This document shows positions 1-14,525 of a stretch of 64,000 nucleotides of DNA, in pieces. This DNA comes from Eledone cirrhosa (lineage: Eukaryota): positions 127,348,001 through 127,412,000 of the forward strand of contig OZ024745.1 in NCBI GenBank assembly GCA_964016885.1. The letters are read 5' to 3'. The translations under genes were made by a program, and so were the position numbers. The notes beneath the pieces were generated by a model. That model did not search any database. It was not told the DNA's origin and saw nothing but the letters and a program-made list of their open reading frames with translations. Within the stretch, counting starts at the first letter, position 1; the number at the start of each line of letters is the position of its first letter.

Positions 1-739
1 TGAGAGTTTGGCCACGAATAGCATCTGCCATGGGCCAAGTGAATTTAGACAGAACTCTATGGCAGTAGACCTAGAAGAGACAGAAGAGATAAAAAGACGA
101 CATAACTTGGATTTAGGCCAAGGTTACAACAATGCTTTTGAGAATTTGGCCATTTTTAGCATCCACCGGGAGCTTAGCAAATTTCGATAGAAAACTGTGG
201 TAGTAGAGCTACAAAAGACAGAGAGACAGAAAGAGGGTGTAGACAAAGCGCTATAAGAGACGAAAAGGCGATATAACTTAGATTTAGGCCAAAGTTACAA
301 CAACGCTTTTGAGAGTTTGCCCACGATTAGTGTTCACCAGCGGTTTATCCTTTTTTTTCTTTTGCAAATATCCACAACTAAGTACCGACAGAAACTACCT
401 TAAAGGATTATATTTCTCATCTTGCCAGTTACTAACAAGTCTCAGTATATATCATCTGTTTCATAGCAACTTAGATATATATCATTGCTGCATGAATTTG
501 CATAGCAACAATAGACAGTAAATGGCGTATTATCGCAAGTTAAATACTTATCTTCTGAACATTGATTTATTATATAAAACGTGAACGTGAGTCGAGACTT
601 GGTGACTGAGCTCTTGCCGTTTCAGCAGCTCAGCCGTAGGGTCCCAACACTTTTATATATAATATAACTATACTCTACTATCCCAAGTATCGAGTATTCT
701 GTTGAGTAATGCCCTAACTAGTTTAAAACTGGTTCTATC

Positions 740-830
<91 letters not shown>

Positions 831-1079
831 AGAAAAGCAGGAAAACAAACATTAAACAATTTTTTTTTTAAATTAAAAAAATGATTTAAATATTTACCCG
901 TTCATAATGAATTGTAATACGTAATAAATTGTGTTCCGATGCATCACTGATTCTTCCTTTTCCATATTATGCCTCAGCCGGATGACTGGAAAAGGTAAGA
1001 GTAAAAGAGTATATATATATATACATATATATAAAGAGTATATATATATATATATATATATATAAAGAGTATATATATA

Positions 1080-1129
<50 letters not shown>

Positions 1130-1130
<1 letters not shown>

Positions 1131-2802
1131 TAGCAGAAGTGCCCGGCGTTGCTCGGAGTTTAATTGCTTTAAAGTACTTTTAATGATTCCACTCAATTAT
1201 GAATATTGATACATTGAAAGTAAATACGGGTAAGTTTGAAAATATACAACAACAGCATCTACTCACCATATGTCAGACCGGCAAGACTGCAGTGGTGCTG
1301 AATAGAGGAGTTACAACACCTCTATGTAGACCACATTTTTTGTTCTGCCTTTGGGCGCAAGTATGAATAAGTTCTGCTTGCATCCCACTCTTGAGCATGC
1401 GACGTATAATTGGCCGTGTGAGAAGCACGGCTGGGCTAAATGCAGGCCTGCCGTTGATAGCGTTTGGCCTTGGGACTTGTTGATTGACATCGCGAAGCAA
1501 AGTTTAACGGGGAATTGAAGTCGGCGCAGAGTACAGGGGCATTCCGTACCTGATGGAGTTAATGGCATTCTGGGTATGAAGACGTTTTCTCCAGCGCCGC
1601 AGCCCGTGAGAATTGTGGCTTCAATTACATGCGGTAGGAGGTTTCTTACCACTAACCGTGTTCCGTTGCAGAGACGTGGTGGTTCCAGGTTCCTCAACAG
1701 CATCACTGGAGTCCCAACTTTGACGCGCAGTTCATGAGGTGGCAGTCGAGAGAGGTCCAAGGAATTGAGGAATTCTGTTGGAAAATCTTCAACCTCATCT
1801 TTGTCCACCACAGATTTGTAGGTACGGAGGTTTCCAGGAATGCGTTGCAGAAGGTCCTCATTGATTTTTGCAACTGAGACATTTTTGGTAGCCAATATGG
1901 CTCTATCGCATAGCCAACTCGTGTTTTTGTAGTTGGTCGCCATATTGGAAAAGACAGAGGCTGTGAGGTCGTCAACAGTGTCGACAACGGTGCCTACTTG
2001 CGAGACTGCCATTTCTCTAGCTGCAGCTGAAGGTGCAGTGCTGTTAAGAGGTCCTTTGATAAGTCGGCTGCTGAGTGGTCGCCGAGCAGTTGTGAGGGTC
2101 AGGATTGTCACTTCCTGCCACAGGGGAGATGACTTAATGCAAGCCCCCACAGTGTCGGCCCTGGTGGCTTTTGGAACAACTGGAAGAGTTTGTCGAAAAT
2201 CGCCAGACAGCAGTAGAGGTACTCCTCCCATCGGTCGGTTGCCTGATATCTCGTAGGGTCCTGTCTAACGCCTCAAGCAACCCTTTATGGGCCATTGTGC
2301 ATTCGTCCCACACAATTAGGTGGCATCTTTTCAAGACTTCAGCTTTGTCAGCCATTGAACCACATTGGCATATGGTTGGACAATACATGTGTCCCTGGAC
2401 GCTTTTTGCGTGTAGGGATATATATTTTATTATTATTATTCTCCTCTTGGTCGAGAAAAAAATTTGGTCGTTTTGACTGCTACTATTTATAGTGGTAGTA
2501 GACTGACCTCCCTGCCTCTGCTTCTATCTTTACACACGGCACTGGACAGAATTGCCTCCACATCATTCATTCTCATCTCGGGAACAATTTTGAATAGCGC
2601 CAGTTCGTAATTTGAACTTTGGAATTTTATATTCTCCGAGTGAAAAGAACCTTCTGACGAGAGTTTATCTTTTCAATGGAAGGCCGCAAGGACTGTCCAT
2701 TTATTTTTGAGACTCGAAACCGATTCGGTAAAGGTAACCATAGTGAGTACAGTGAATTTTTTGAAATTTATTTTGAAACTTTTTCTTATTTGCTAGACCT
2801 TG

Positions 2803-2805
<3 letters not shown>
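1130..2805 (-). mobile_element. Helitron, internally deleted (helicase C-terminal half only)
   Basis: On the - strand the 3' end reads ccgagcaacgccggg (hairpin) followed by CTAG at 1133-1130, next to (TA)n. It contains Pif1-like helicase ORF pieces. The 5' boundary is approximate because it runs into (TA)n. Confidence 0.88.
1311..2388 (-). pseudogene. Helitron Pif1-family helicase, frameshifted and 5'-truncated
   Basis: ORF 2134-2388 has LIVWDECTMAHK (motif II). ORF 1311-2231 has GDFRQTLPV, PVMLLRNL..PRLCNGTRL, RLQFPVKLCFAMSINKSQGQTL and FSHGQLYVACSRV. There is a frameshift near 2230, and no Walker A or Rep domain. Confidence 0.93.
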
Positions 2806-2840
<35 letters not shown>

Positions 2841-3059
2841 TATATATAATAATTTAAACCTAATTTCAATGTAGACATCGCCAGAGTTAAATATTTATGA
2901 AGAGAATCTTAGATAATCTTATAACTATATATATATATATATATGAAGATTAGGATTGGTTGTGTAGTTGCTAGTTAAGGTAGCTTAAAATGGAGTGAGA
3001 ATAAAAAGAAAGCAAGAACGGTGGGGGGGGGGGGGGGGGGGGGAGGTCCGCATCATGCT

Positions 3060-3104
3060 GTTTTTTCGTGCTGTTTTCTCAGTACGTCCTCGTCAGATAA
3101 AATA
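3060..3104 (-). ncRNA. degenerate hammerhead-like motif (relative of 58082-58142)
   Basis: The - strand reads ttttat CTGACGA GGACGTACTG agaaaa CAGCAC GAAA. It shares cagtacgtcctcRtcagataaaata with 58121-58144. Stem III and the cleavage site are not intact. Confidence 0.4.
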
Positions 3105-3222
3105 CATGAATTGATGTATGACATACCTCAACGGTCTCTCCAGAAAACTTCTTTCTAGAGTGCTTTTAATCTATTATAAAACTATATTCATTGAGTAATC
3201 AATGAACCATATTAATCTTTGG

Positions 3223-3258
<36 letters not shown>

Positions 3259-3265
3259 ATATATA

Positions 3266-3319
<54 letters not shown>

Positions 3320-3330
3320 TTAATATAGAT

Positions 3331-3573
<243 letters not shown>

Positions 3574-4182
3574 GGAATAGAATAAAACGAAATTTCATTT
3601 CTCACTCCCAGTACGGCACTTACTTAAATGTAAGTATGTATGTATACGTACATACATATATGTATACAGACGCACATACATATATGTATACAGACGTACA
3701 GTAGTATGTATATATATATACATACATGCACACATATACGTATGCACGTATCGGTTTACATGCGTTGAACAAAAAGGTGACGTGGTTGCCTAAACACTGT
3801 ACGGCGTAATTCGGGCTGTTTGCCTTGTTTACAAACAAACAAACCGAGCATTATAATAAATGTTCGGTAAACCGATACGTGCATATATATATATATATGT
3901 GTGCATGTATGTATATATACATACTACTGTACGTCTGTATACATATATGTATGTACGTATACATACATACATACTTATATATATATGTGTATATGTATAT
4001 ATGTATATGTGTATATAACACTTCTCTAGAATAGCTGACGATACAAACACACACACTTTTCTCCTGTAAAAAATCTCTATCGTTCTCTTCTTCCTCCGTT
4101 ATCTGACGCAGGACTAATATCTAATATATTAAATCTCCTTTATATCAATCGTTATTCTAATATATATCTTCATTGGACTGTT

Positions 4183-4275
4183 TTGCCCGCACCTATTGTT
4201 TTTCCTTGTTGACTTTTCACATAGATACATACGTACGTACACACACACACATACATATATATATATACATAGTAC

Positions 4276-4345
<70 letters not shown>

Positions 4346-4444
4346 ATGTATGTACGTATGTATATATATGTAAAAATATATATATGTGTGTATGTGTGTG
4401 TGTGATATATATACATATATATATGTGTATGTATGTATGTACGT

Positions 4445-4502
<58 letters not shown>

Positions 4503-4557
4503 ACGTACGTATGTATCTATGTGAAAAGTCAACAAGGAAAAATAATAGGTGCGGACA

Positions 4558-4558
<1 letters not shown>
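4183..4558. repeat. inverted repeat enclosing a (TA)/(CA) microsatellite
   Basis: cgcacctattgtttttccttgttgacttttcacatagatacatacgtacgtac (about 4188-4240) is mirrored at about 4501-4553. Confidence 0.8.
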
Positions 4559-4602
<44 letters not shown>

Positions 4603-4751
4603 AACATACATACATACATATATACACACACATATATATATATATACATACACATACATACAAACCTATATACACATACATACATATATACGCATACATA
4701 CATACATATATACGCATACATACATACATACATATATATACACATACATAA

Positions 4752-4854
<103 letters not shown>

Positions 4855-4898
4855 CACATACGCACGCTCATATATATTATACATACATAAACACGCAT

Positions 4899-4967
<69 letters not shown>

Positions 4968-4978
4968 CATACATACTT

Positions 4979-5046
<68 letters not shown>

Positions 5047-5239
5047 GTACATAAACACACACATCAACAAATTCTGAAAAGCCATTAAATATTTATCTTT
5101 CAGTAAACCAACAATTCCCAATTAGCCATCTTGGATAACAAGAGAAGAAGATGAAAGGACTTAAAATAATTGCAATTAGTTGGTGTTAATTCGTTAAATC
5201 ATACATAGCTGGGGGCTGGGGTCATTATACTGGAACGGG

Positions 5240-5400
5240 TATCCGTCGTTTCGACGATGAACGTTCTAGTTGTTCGATCAACGGAGCAGCCTGCTCACGA
5301 AATTGACATGTAAGTGGCTGATCCTTTCCACAGATACGTGTACGCTTAACATAATTCTCAGGGAGAGTCAGTGTGACACAGTGTATAACATGACTCGCCC
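5240..5400 (-). mobile_element. SINE family B 3' part
   Basis: Reverse-complement match to the tail of 11879-12198 (gagaactacgttaagggtacacg...gctgttccgttgatcg...cgtcgtaaccgacgg). Confidence 0.7.
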
Positions 5401-5500
5401 TTTGCATTAAAATTCTGTGCATCCGACGGGCTTCCAAATAGTTTCTGTTTACCCGCTTCTATACACAAAGCATGGGTCTACCAGAAGCTTTAATAATAAA

Positions 5501-5662
5501 CTAGACCACCCGTGAGCCGTCATCTTCACTTCAAAATATTTCTTAAAATTACATTCCCTTAAATATAATGTTTAAATAATAAAAATATACACAGACATGT
5601 ATATAATGTGAAATGAAACTGGAAGGCCCATATATATATATACGTGTGTGTATGTATATAAA

Positions 5663-5693
<31 letters not shown>

Positions 5694-5756
5694 GTATGTG
5701 TGTGTATGTGTGTGTGTATATATATATGTGGGTGTCTGTGATCTATATCCACTGGT

Positions 5757-5800
<44 letters not shown>

Positions 5801-5860
5801 CACACACTCACACACATATATATACACACACTCACACACATATATATATACACATACACT

Positions 5861-5918
<58 letters not shown>

Positions 5919-5920
5919 TT

Positions 5921-5962
<42 letters not shown>

Positions 5963-5963
5963 C

Positions 5964-6048
<85 letters not shown>

Positions 6049-6339
6049 ACACCACCAGCTCTCTTCCATTCTCCTTCTCTGTCTCCTCTCTCTCTCTGTC
6101 TCTCTTTCAATCTAACTATCTCTTCCTCTCTATCTTTCTCTCTCTTTATTTATGAAGGTACCCGGAAAACCCCCATATCTCGGGAACCCGTGCTCCGATT
6201 TACGCGAAACTTGTTTTATTCCATTTGTATTTCCATTTCAGGGGCAACTTCCTTTCAAAGTATTTTCCCAGCATGCGCCCTTTTGGTTGTAGTACATTAC
6301 AGACAAGCAAGCAATCACAGACTTTTAGTAATATATAGA
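5501..6339 (-). mobile_element. possible non-autonomous Helitron containing microsatellites
   Basis: The - strand starts TCTATATATTACTAAAAGTCTG at 6339, a typical Helitron 5' end after an A. A candidate 3' end acggctcacgggtggtCTAG lies at 5501. Pairing the two ends is inference. Confidence 0.4.
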
Positions 6340-6779
6340 TAACATTCAATACGCCGCGGGGTAGAATCGAACGTGGCGTTTAATGACCGCCATTCGGCTG
6401 TGTTGCATCCCCAGGATCTTATTTACGTGTGGTAACAATCTCTTTCTCTCTCAGCTCAGTATACATTCTTTGTATGCTAAACAAAGATGACGTTTTCTTA
6501 TATTAATCTGTTAATACAATAATTACACAGAATTCAGGACTTAGGCTTCTGGCTGGGAATGTTGTCTTACAATTAATCACATGCGTGTGTTCCAAATGAA
6601 TTGTTAAACAAATTGTAAACAATGAGATCGAACTCACTGGATATCGATCTAAACCCTCATTATATATATACGTATGTATACACACACGTACACATACACA
6701 CACGCACACACACGCACACGCACATGCATACACACGTGCGCCCCCCCCCCCCCATATATATATATATAAACACAGACAT

Positions 6780-8087
6780 ACAGATGATCACGGTCTCACG
6801 CACCTTTTGTGACACTGTATATTTACTTTCGAACCGATCAACCTTAAATTTCAGGACATGGCAGATACAACGTCTGAGAAGACAAGACCCAAATGGGAGT
6901 TCCGGGGCTGGATTTTCTCCGTGAAATACTACGAAGTGCGGCTCGTAAAAGCAAGTTCAGAAGCAAATTCATGGATTTTTTGGAACAGACAAATCACCCT
7001 TCAAACCCAATATATCATACTGGATGAAGAAGTCTGAGACTTGCAGAACAATGGAAGACCTCAATACAATGTCTGAGAACTGTCCTACTCACTCTGGATG
7101 AACCAGGAAGCGTACACAGCATGTTATTGAAATGATAGTCTATTAAACAGAGCCCAAAAATGATTGTTGGGTAGAAGCCAATTTTATGGTCTCTTAACAG
7201 AAACGTACAGAAAGGTTATCAAAGAGGATCTTAAGAAGTACCCTTACAGAATAGTCTAAACAAATGAAACTGATGAAATCAAGAGAAAGGTTATGGCTGA
7301 AAAATATGCTGGAGAAGATGGAAAACAACCCAATTGCTTTTTAAAATCTGCTCTGGACCTCTGATGAAGCCCACGTTAACTTAGAGGGGAAGATCAACTT
7401 TAAGAACACCGGAGATCCAAGAAACCGACTGAAGTGGCTGCGAAACATCTTCATTCGGATAAATGTACATTCTGAATGCCCATTGTTTTTTGAAGACATC
7501 ATTGTCACTGTTACAGTAAAAAAAAAAAATGCCATGTCGAAGTTCTGGAAGATTTCAAAATGGCGCTAAAGACATGTACTCATCTCTAATTAATATGTTC
7601 TGGTTCCAGCAAGACGAAGCAAGCCGTCACCCCACCAATGAGTTGTGGGAATGGCTGAAAAATAACTTTGGATATCGTATGATCTATTTGAAGACTGATT
7701 TTGAGTGGGCCCCATAAAGCCCTGATTTAAACCCACCGGATTTCTTTCTTTGGGGCTATCTGAAGGATTGGGTATATATAAAAAAAACCCAGGATCATCA
7801 CCGAACTAAAAGAAAACATTAGAGAGAAGATCAGAGCCATCTCTAGGTTTATTTGGAAAGAGGTTATGCTAAAGTTCACCTGCGCCTAACCCCCCCCCCC
7901 CCCCCACGCAGGGATTCAAATGGGATCACTTGGAAGATGTGCTGTTACTCTGGACAGAAACACCAGAAGATAATAAATTTTTGATATGTTGTTTTTAATG
8001 GTTTGAACTAAATATATTCCGAGTTTCATCAATTTTTGTTAAAAAAAAAGGAATTATGTAGACAAAAATAAAAATGGGGTCAGTGTA
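6780..8087 (+). mobile_element. degenerate Tc1/mariner DD41D (rosa/Visitor-type) transposon
   Basis: Broken frames give KKYPYRI, LWTSDEAHVNLEGKINFKN (about 7351), WFQQDEASRH and EWAP*SPDLNPPDFFLWGYLKDWVY (about 7705-7780). There are 41 residues between the second and third D. Ends are approximate. Confidence 0.85.
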
Positions 8088-8184
8088 TATATATACATAT
8101 ATAAATATATAACCAGTACTAGATTGAAGTAAGCTCCTCGTAGTGTGTGTGTGTGTGTGGGTAGGTCTGTGTGTGTGTGTGAGG

Positions 8185-8266
<82 letters not shown>

Positions 8267-8335
8267 ATGTCTCATCTTTTTACAAATCCGGGATAAATCA
8301 ACATTTGAAAGCAAGCAAACATATTTGAGCTACGT

Positions 8336-8393
<58 letters not shown>

Positions 8394-8412
8394 GTATTTA
8401 TATATTTATATG

Positions 8413-8457
<45 letters not shown>

Positions 8458-8626
8458 CTCGTGTACACGCACACACACACAAATAGAACCCCCTCACTCA
8501 TACACACACACACACACTCACAATCGCGAGCACACACATTATGACAAACATTATTTGGTAAACAAAATTTGTACTCAAACGACTAAGACAGGCAAACAAG
8601 TCACACACGCACACACACACGCGCAC

Positions 8627-8718
<92 letters not shown>

Positions 8719-8734
8719 GCGCGCACACGCGCAC

Positions 8735-8842
<108 letters not shown>

Positions 8843-9191
8843 TTTCGCCCCCCCTCTCTCTCTCTCTTACACTCACGTATACACATATACGCATGCGTAC
8901 CCTCGAGCAAACACAAAGAGACATACAGGCGCTGACCCAAATATTATTACAAAACCAACTGATCATTGAAATCCAGTATTCTTCTATTCAACATATTATA
9001 TATATATAGACAAATAAATGCGCCTGTAAACAAATATCAGATTTGTTCCCTGAGCACGTACATTTGTTTTATGAAATTAATTATTGCTTTCCTCAAATTG
9101 TCTCCCCTTTTCTTTGCGAGTTGATAATGATTACCATTCGGTTTTTATTTTATGTTCTCCAACTATTTAAAATAATTGAGAACATTTTGCA

Positions 9192-9564
9192 TACTCTCAA
9201 GTCTCGAATAAATCGTCACCCCGCTTATTAATTTTTCAGATTTTTTCCACCGTCCCCTCCCTGCTCTTATCCCCCACCCGCGCTTATTAAGGTTTGCTAA
9301 TCTATCTCCGGCGATATTTTGTTTTAAATGGTAGCATTCCTGCAACAATTAATTTTCTTTATACATTAAAAAACAATTATATCTGACAAAAAAAGTACAT
9401 TACTAGAAATCCCATATGCTATAAAATAGATACGATGGATTGGGGATCTCAATATGCAAACTAAACTACTAATTCTGGTTTTAAACAAACCAACGGAGAC
9501 AACCTATTACCTATTTTCAAACCTTCCGCTTACCCCCCTCCCCATTATTTGGGATGTGAGAGTA
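9192..9564. mobile_element. MITE family 1 (TA-flanked, TIR about TACTCTCGGGTCYCAAATAAT)
   Basis: Terminal inverted repeats tactctcaagtctcgaataa and attatttgggatgtgagagta. Homologous copies occur at 32180, 43749 and 53035. Confidence 0.75.
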
Positions 9565-9829
9565 CATCATTCAGTTTTTCACCCATAACTTGATTATCTA
9601 AATCCATACCACTGGCTCACTTGAGTAGTTTCTCTTAGCTTATTTTATTTTATTAAAATTTTATATATAAAATGATGAGACTACAAAATATTTAAGGCTG
9701 AGCTGAGTCTAAACAACAACAGCAACAATAAAAGGTACATACTCACGAATGGGTAATAAAATGTAGACATTATGGTAAAACCGGCCTAATTTGTCATAAT
9801 GTGCTCTAAAATAGTAACTCAATAAAAGA

Positions 9830-10178
9830 GTAAAGGGTAAAGACCCCCTTCGGTCATTCAGGACCATGAAATTTGCACCTAGAAAGTTCTTCCTTCAGGG
9901 TACAATCCGGGCAAAGTTGTTTGAGGAAGACCAGCAGTCACTCATGCATACCAGTCTCCCATCTCCACGCCACCGAAGTTGTCCAAGAGAAAGGCGAAGG
10001 CCGATACAGTTTGGCACCAGTAAAGTCGCAACTCTGAGTGCAACAGCTTAATGAACTGGAGCAACGTGAAATAAAGTGTCTTGTTCAAGAACACAATGCA
10101 AAGCCCGGTCCGAGAATCGAACTCACAACCTCACGTTTGTAAGTCCGATGTTCTAATCACTAAGCCATGCGCCTTCAC
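9830..10178 (-). mobile_element. tRNA-derived SINE (family B head, alternative tail)
   Basis: Reverse complement of gtgaaggcgcatggcttagtg (A box) ... gagttcgattc (B box) ... ttgaacaagacactttatttcacgttgctcca. Confidence 0.8.
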
Positions 10179-10329
10179 AGTAACTCCATAATTGTGATTA
10201 ATTACGAAATATATTATATTACTTACAACTAACAATGATACGTGTTTTCATATCACAATACATAATTACATTATAGATAATCGGAAACCGATTAATCGGT
10301 AATCGGTAAACTGCCAATTTTTTTTTTCT

Positions 10330-10605
10330 TGTGCATTTCTTATAAACTACAAACTAAGTTTTTCCCCTTTGAATTAATCCCCCTTGTCTCTAACGTACTT
10401 TCCTATCCTTCTCCGCCACTCCTCCATGCACTAATGGAAGGATTCTCCTGGGATTCTCCTGGGATTCTCCTGGGATTCTCCTGGGATTCTCCTGAGATTC
10501 TCCTGGGATTTTCCACAGCTCCGTCGCCACGGCCCTCTTGGTGGCTTCTACATTCGGAAAATTTGGTCCCCTTGATGACGCTCTTGAGCTTGGCGAAAAA
10601 GAAAA
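10330..10605 (-). mobile_element. mariner transposase C-terminal fragment with an internal 11-bp minisatellite
   Basis: The - strand reads FFFAKLKSVIKGTKF/NVEATKRAVATELWKIP...CMEEWRRRIGKYVRDKGD*FKGE, matching the mariner C-terminus. (ggattctcctg)x~6 lies at 10440-10509. Confidence 0.75.
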
Positions 10606-10966
10606 TATCACTCAGCTCCGATACTATGGGCATGTGGTTAGAATGTCTCAGGAATGAATGACTGGACAGATTTTACGGGCAAAAACCAACCGACGGGAGA
10701 CCCAGGGGTAGACTCCGAGCAAGATGGTCGGATAACATCCATGAGCTTGGCTAGTCCCGCTTGGTTGGTCTCGCTTGGTTGGTCTCGCTTGGCTGGTCTC
10801 GCTTGGTTGGTCTCGCTTGGTTGGTCTTGCTTGGCTGGTCTCGCTTGGGGGCTACAGCCAGATCAGTTGGAGACAGTTGCTTTTTACAGCACCCGCTAAA
10901 TGGAGTCCTTGAGGACTCTATCCCCATGACCGCCTCTGGATTAAGTGAGCGAAGAAGAAGAAGAAG
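10606..10966 (+). mobile_element. RTE-clade LINE 3' end with (GAA)n tail
   Basis: SQLRYYGHVVRMSQE and GRPRGRLRARWSDNI, an internal 14-bp tandem (gcttggttggtctc)x~6, and a gaagaagaag end. Same family as 60930-61435. Confidence 0.85.
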
Positions 10967-11878
10967 GTGACAATCTATTTAGGAGACGAAGCATTCTTCA
11001 GCTCTCCTCCCCATCGTATGTGGAGAATGTCTTGTCGTACGTGTACAATGTGTGATGATGTGTAGTTTGTCGTTTTGTCTTCTTTGTAGTTTATTGTGTC
11101 CTTTCTTTTTTCTGGAGACATTTCAGAGCCATGCATTTATTTTTAATTAGCCTTTTAATACTCCAATATGTTAATACAAACTTACCTATTGTTTATATAA
11201 TAGTTAAACTCTATGAAGACAGACGTCTCGGTCTTGTGATCCATTAATATTCATGAACATTAATATTCATGAGAAAAAACAAAACAAAAAAAAACAAAAA
11301 AAAACTTAAAATAAAAAATAAAACAAAACCAAATAAAATGAACACAAGAGGTGAAAAGGAAAGTAATATATTTATTAACCGTTGGTATTATCATAAAAAA
11401 TACACGCACGATCACAAAAAACAAAACAACATTATTACAATTGATCATTGATATTCATGACCTATTCAAAAGGAAAGACAATGGAAATCGGTGACTAAAT
11501 ATAACACAAAAGTTCTATTTATTAAAAAAGACACTGGATCGAAAAATCCCTTTCAAAATTCTTTACATCAATTTAGGATCGGCTGCTTTTTCTCACCATT
11601 TTCTTCATATATGAGGAAAGGTTAAAGACAATGGCGGAGGTATTTGAACTCAGAACATAAAGGGATGTAACTAAAAACCACAAAGCATTTTGTTTGATAT
11701 TGTAACAAGAAAAGGTCCACTGTGGGGTGGGATTATCTCGAGTAGTTTTAGAGAAAAGACCCACAAAAAGCACCGAATTAATGTGACGCACTAAAGATGT
11801 CATCTCCTAGATTCTTGCCTCTTGTTTACAATCGCATAATTAGTTTAGGTCTAATTAGTCTAGCGGAACCAGTGAAGA

Positions 11879-12198
11879 GTGAAGGCGCGTAGCTTAGTGG
11901 TTAGGGTATTCGGCTCACGTTCGTAAGGTTGTGAGTTGGATTTCCGGTGGTACGTTGTGTCCTTCAGCAAGATACTATATTTCACCGTGCTCCAGTTTAC
12001 TCAGCTGGCAAAAATGAGTTGCACCGGTAATTCGAAACGCCAGCGTTATCACGTTCTTTGTTGAATCTCCATGAGAACTACGTTAAGGGTACACGAGTCT
12101 GTGGAATACTCAGCCATTTGCATGTTAATTTCACTAACAGGCTGTTCCGTTGATCGTATCAACTGGAACATTCGTCGTCGTAACCGACGGAGTGTCAG
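11879..12198 (+). mobile_element. tRNA-derived SINE family B, full length
   Basis: gtgaaggcgcgtagcttagtggttag A box, gagttggatttcc B-box-like, shared core and tail repeated elsewhere in the window. Confidence 0.85.
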
Positions 12199-13519
12199 TT
12201 AAGTTACCACCGAAGTGATATAAGCATTAACCACTTCCACCTGACGTTCCAGGAACAGCTTTCATTCCACGAAAGTTTCAGTGAAACAGCCTTGTTCCCA
12301 TTAATTATTCCCCAGATATTTTCCACCTGCAGGTCTGGTTCAAACAAAACTTCACAGACTTTAATCGGGCACTCGATCGAGTGACTAGCCGCCACTGAAT
12401 GGCATGGACTTAGCTTTCCAGGTTCCGAGCTGCAAGTCCATTGATTTGTTCCCGTTGATGTGTATTTCTCTAATCTCATAGTACTCTTCCGGTATTTCCA
12501 AAGAGTCTGGCACCATGAAGTTGATGTCATCTTATATATGTATGCAGACACGAATTTCAGCGTCCCAGTTCGAACGGAATGTTCTAATCTTTCCAGCCTC
12601 TGATGTAATGGCCGGCAGCATAAAAATGTACAGAAGAGAAGTAGATAACAACCTTAAGGGACCAAGTGCGCAATGCGAAACGGTCACTGGATATGGCCGT
12701 TTAGTTTAACCACCATATATGTGTCGATTTACGTTGAGCTAATCCAGCCTCTAAAGATGTGACTGAAACCAGCTGTTCTTAGGATTGTGATAATCAATCC
12801 TGTCATCTAGTTTAACTGAGCCATGTTGCTTAGGGCCCTCTGTAAAGCTAGATCTATTCTTGACTAGCTTTATGAGGAGCAGTTGGCTGTAACTAGATCT
12901 GCCGTGTAACAAATCATCTCACAAAAGTGAAAGTGTCCCCAGTCTTCTCACAGTTATAGTAGACTATAGTCCTTGTGGGGTAGACCATCCAGTTCTGCTG
13001 ATTTGTTTCTAAAATAGCGGCTCAACGCATACGCCACTTTTGTTGAAACTAGCTTTTTGTAGTATTAGGCGTAATTGTTTGAGAGTCACAGCCGATGATA
13101 GAGGTAAGAATTGAAAACTGCCCTCTACAATCACATATGCTTGGAATCAGATTGCACACACGTCTATATTATGGGTCAGTTACTCTATAAAATTGCCAAC
13201 AACAAATGTATACGGATTTTTTTTAGGGCAAAAACGACAAAAATTTGTTGAAATTTAGAGAGAGGTAAAATCATGATGAGGGCGAATGCAGATATCTAAC
13301 ACATGTATAAGACTTCTTTCTTTAGCCAGAGGTTTATATTCGAGTATATCGACCACAGTTCTTGACTACTTCTCTATCTTTATATCGACTCCAAAAGCAG
13401 GAGAGTGAACGTAGACACTGGTGGAATTTGAACTCAGAGAATTAAGGGACATAAATATTTTCAACAATTCATTTAATCCGATGTTCAAAACGATCCTTTT
13501 CAATAGTAATTACAATTAT

Positions 13520-13710
13520 AATTGTTTCTACATTTGGTACAAGGTCAGCAATTATCCCAGTGCATTACTGGTACTTTATTTTATCGACCCCGTAAGGATG
13601 AAAGGCAAAGTTAACCTCGGCGGGATTTGAACTCAGATCACAAAGGGCCGTAACCCTTTGCTGCAAAGCATTGCGTTAGACCCTCTACCGATACTGCCAA
13701 TCCACCGCCG
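13520..13710 (-). mobile_element. tRNA-derived SINE family A
   Basis: Reverse complement of ggcggtggattggcagtatcggtagag...gagttcaaatcccgccgaggttaactttgcctttcatccttacggggtcgataaaataaagtaccag. Confidence 0.9.
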
Positions 13711-14124
13711 TATTTACAATTATAATGATATTACTAAAGGATTACCAGACAACAACCAAATCCATTATGTATAGTGAATTATAATAAATTAATATTGTTT
13801 GTGTGTGAAAGTTTAAGAGGGTTGTGGAGAATTTGATGACATCCCCATTCTTACTTTATCCTTCTTGACCACGTCATTTCGTCACAAGAAACCTTTATCA
13901 GGTTTCTTTCAATTGAATGTAAACTGATTCAATCATTCTCCTTTGAGCTGTAATTGCTCTTAATGCAACAAAATGTTTTGTTTCTTTCTGTCTGTCTTTT
14001 TGTGGTAATATATATAATTATACATTTATTGGTGAAGTCAATGGCAACACCATCCGGTAAAAGTTCTAGCTGTAGATTTTAACAGATTGCATGAGGAAAG
14101 CTCTCTCTCTCTCTCTCTCTCATC

Positions 14125-14244
<120 letters not shown>

Positions 14245-14432
14245 GGCATATTTATTGGTTGAAGAACAGCCGTTTACTGTACCACTCACCTATACACACA
14301 CATACACTCACACACACTCAGATACACATGCACTCACACACTCATAAACGCATACACACACAAACACCCAAACGCACATACATACACACACAAGACAAAA
14401 AATAATACAAACAACAAAACAAACACGAATAT

Positions 14433-14525
<93 letters not shown>

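Noticed and set aside
1-340. Degenerate repeats (gatttaggccaaRgttacaacaaYgcttttgaga) at irregular spacing
   Set aside because: Truncated by the window edge, stops in the frames checked, and cannot be classified.
4098-4140. ttatCTGACGcagga hammerhead-like start; also half motifs near 20605-20620 and 48150-48180
   Set aside because: The core is incomplete (missing GAAA/NUH or CUGANGA), so no ribozyme was called.
11879-11950. tRNA-like sequences with A and B boxes
   Set aside because: They are SINE heads continuing into shared cores, with no complete cloverleaf.
12204-12709. Non-repetitive ORFs of 115 and 64 aa
   Set aside because: No recognisable motifs. It may be a decayed element but cannot be assigned.
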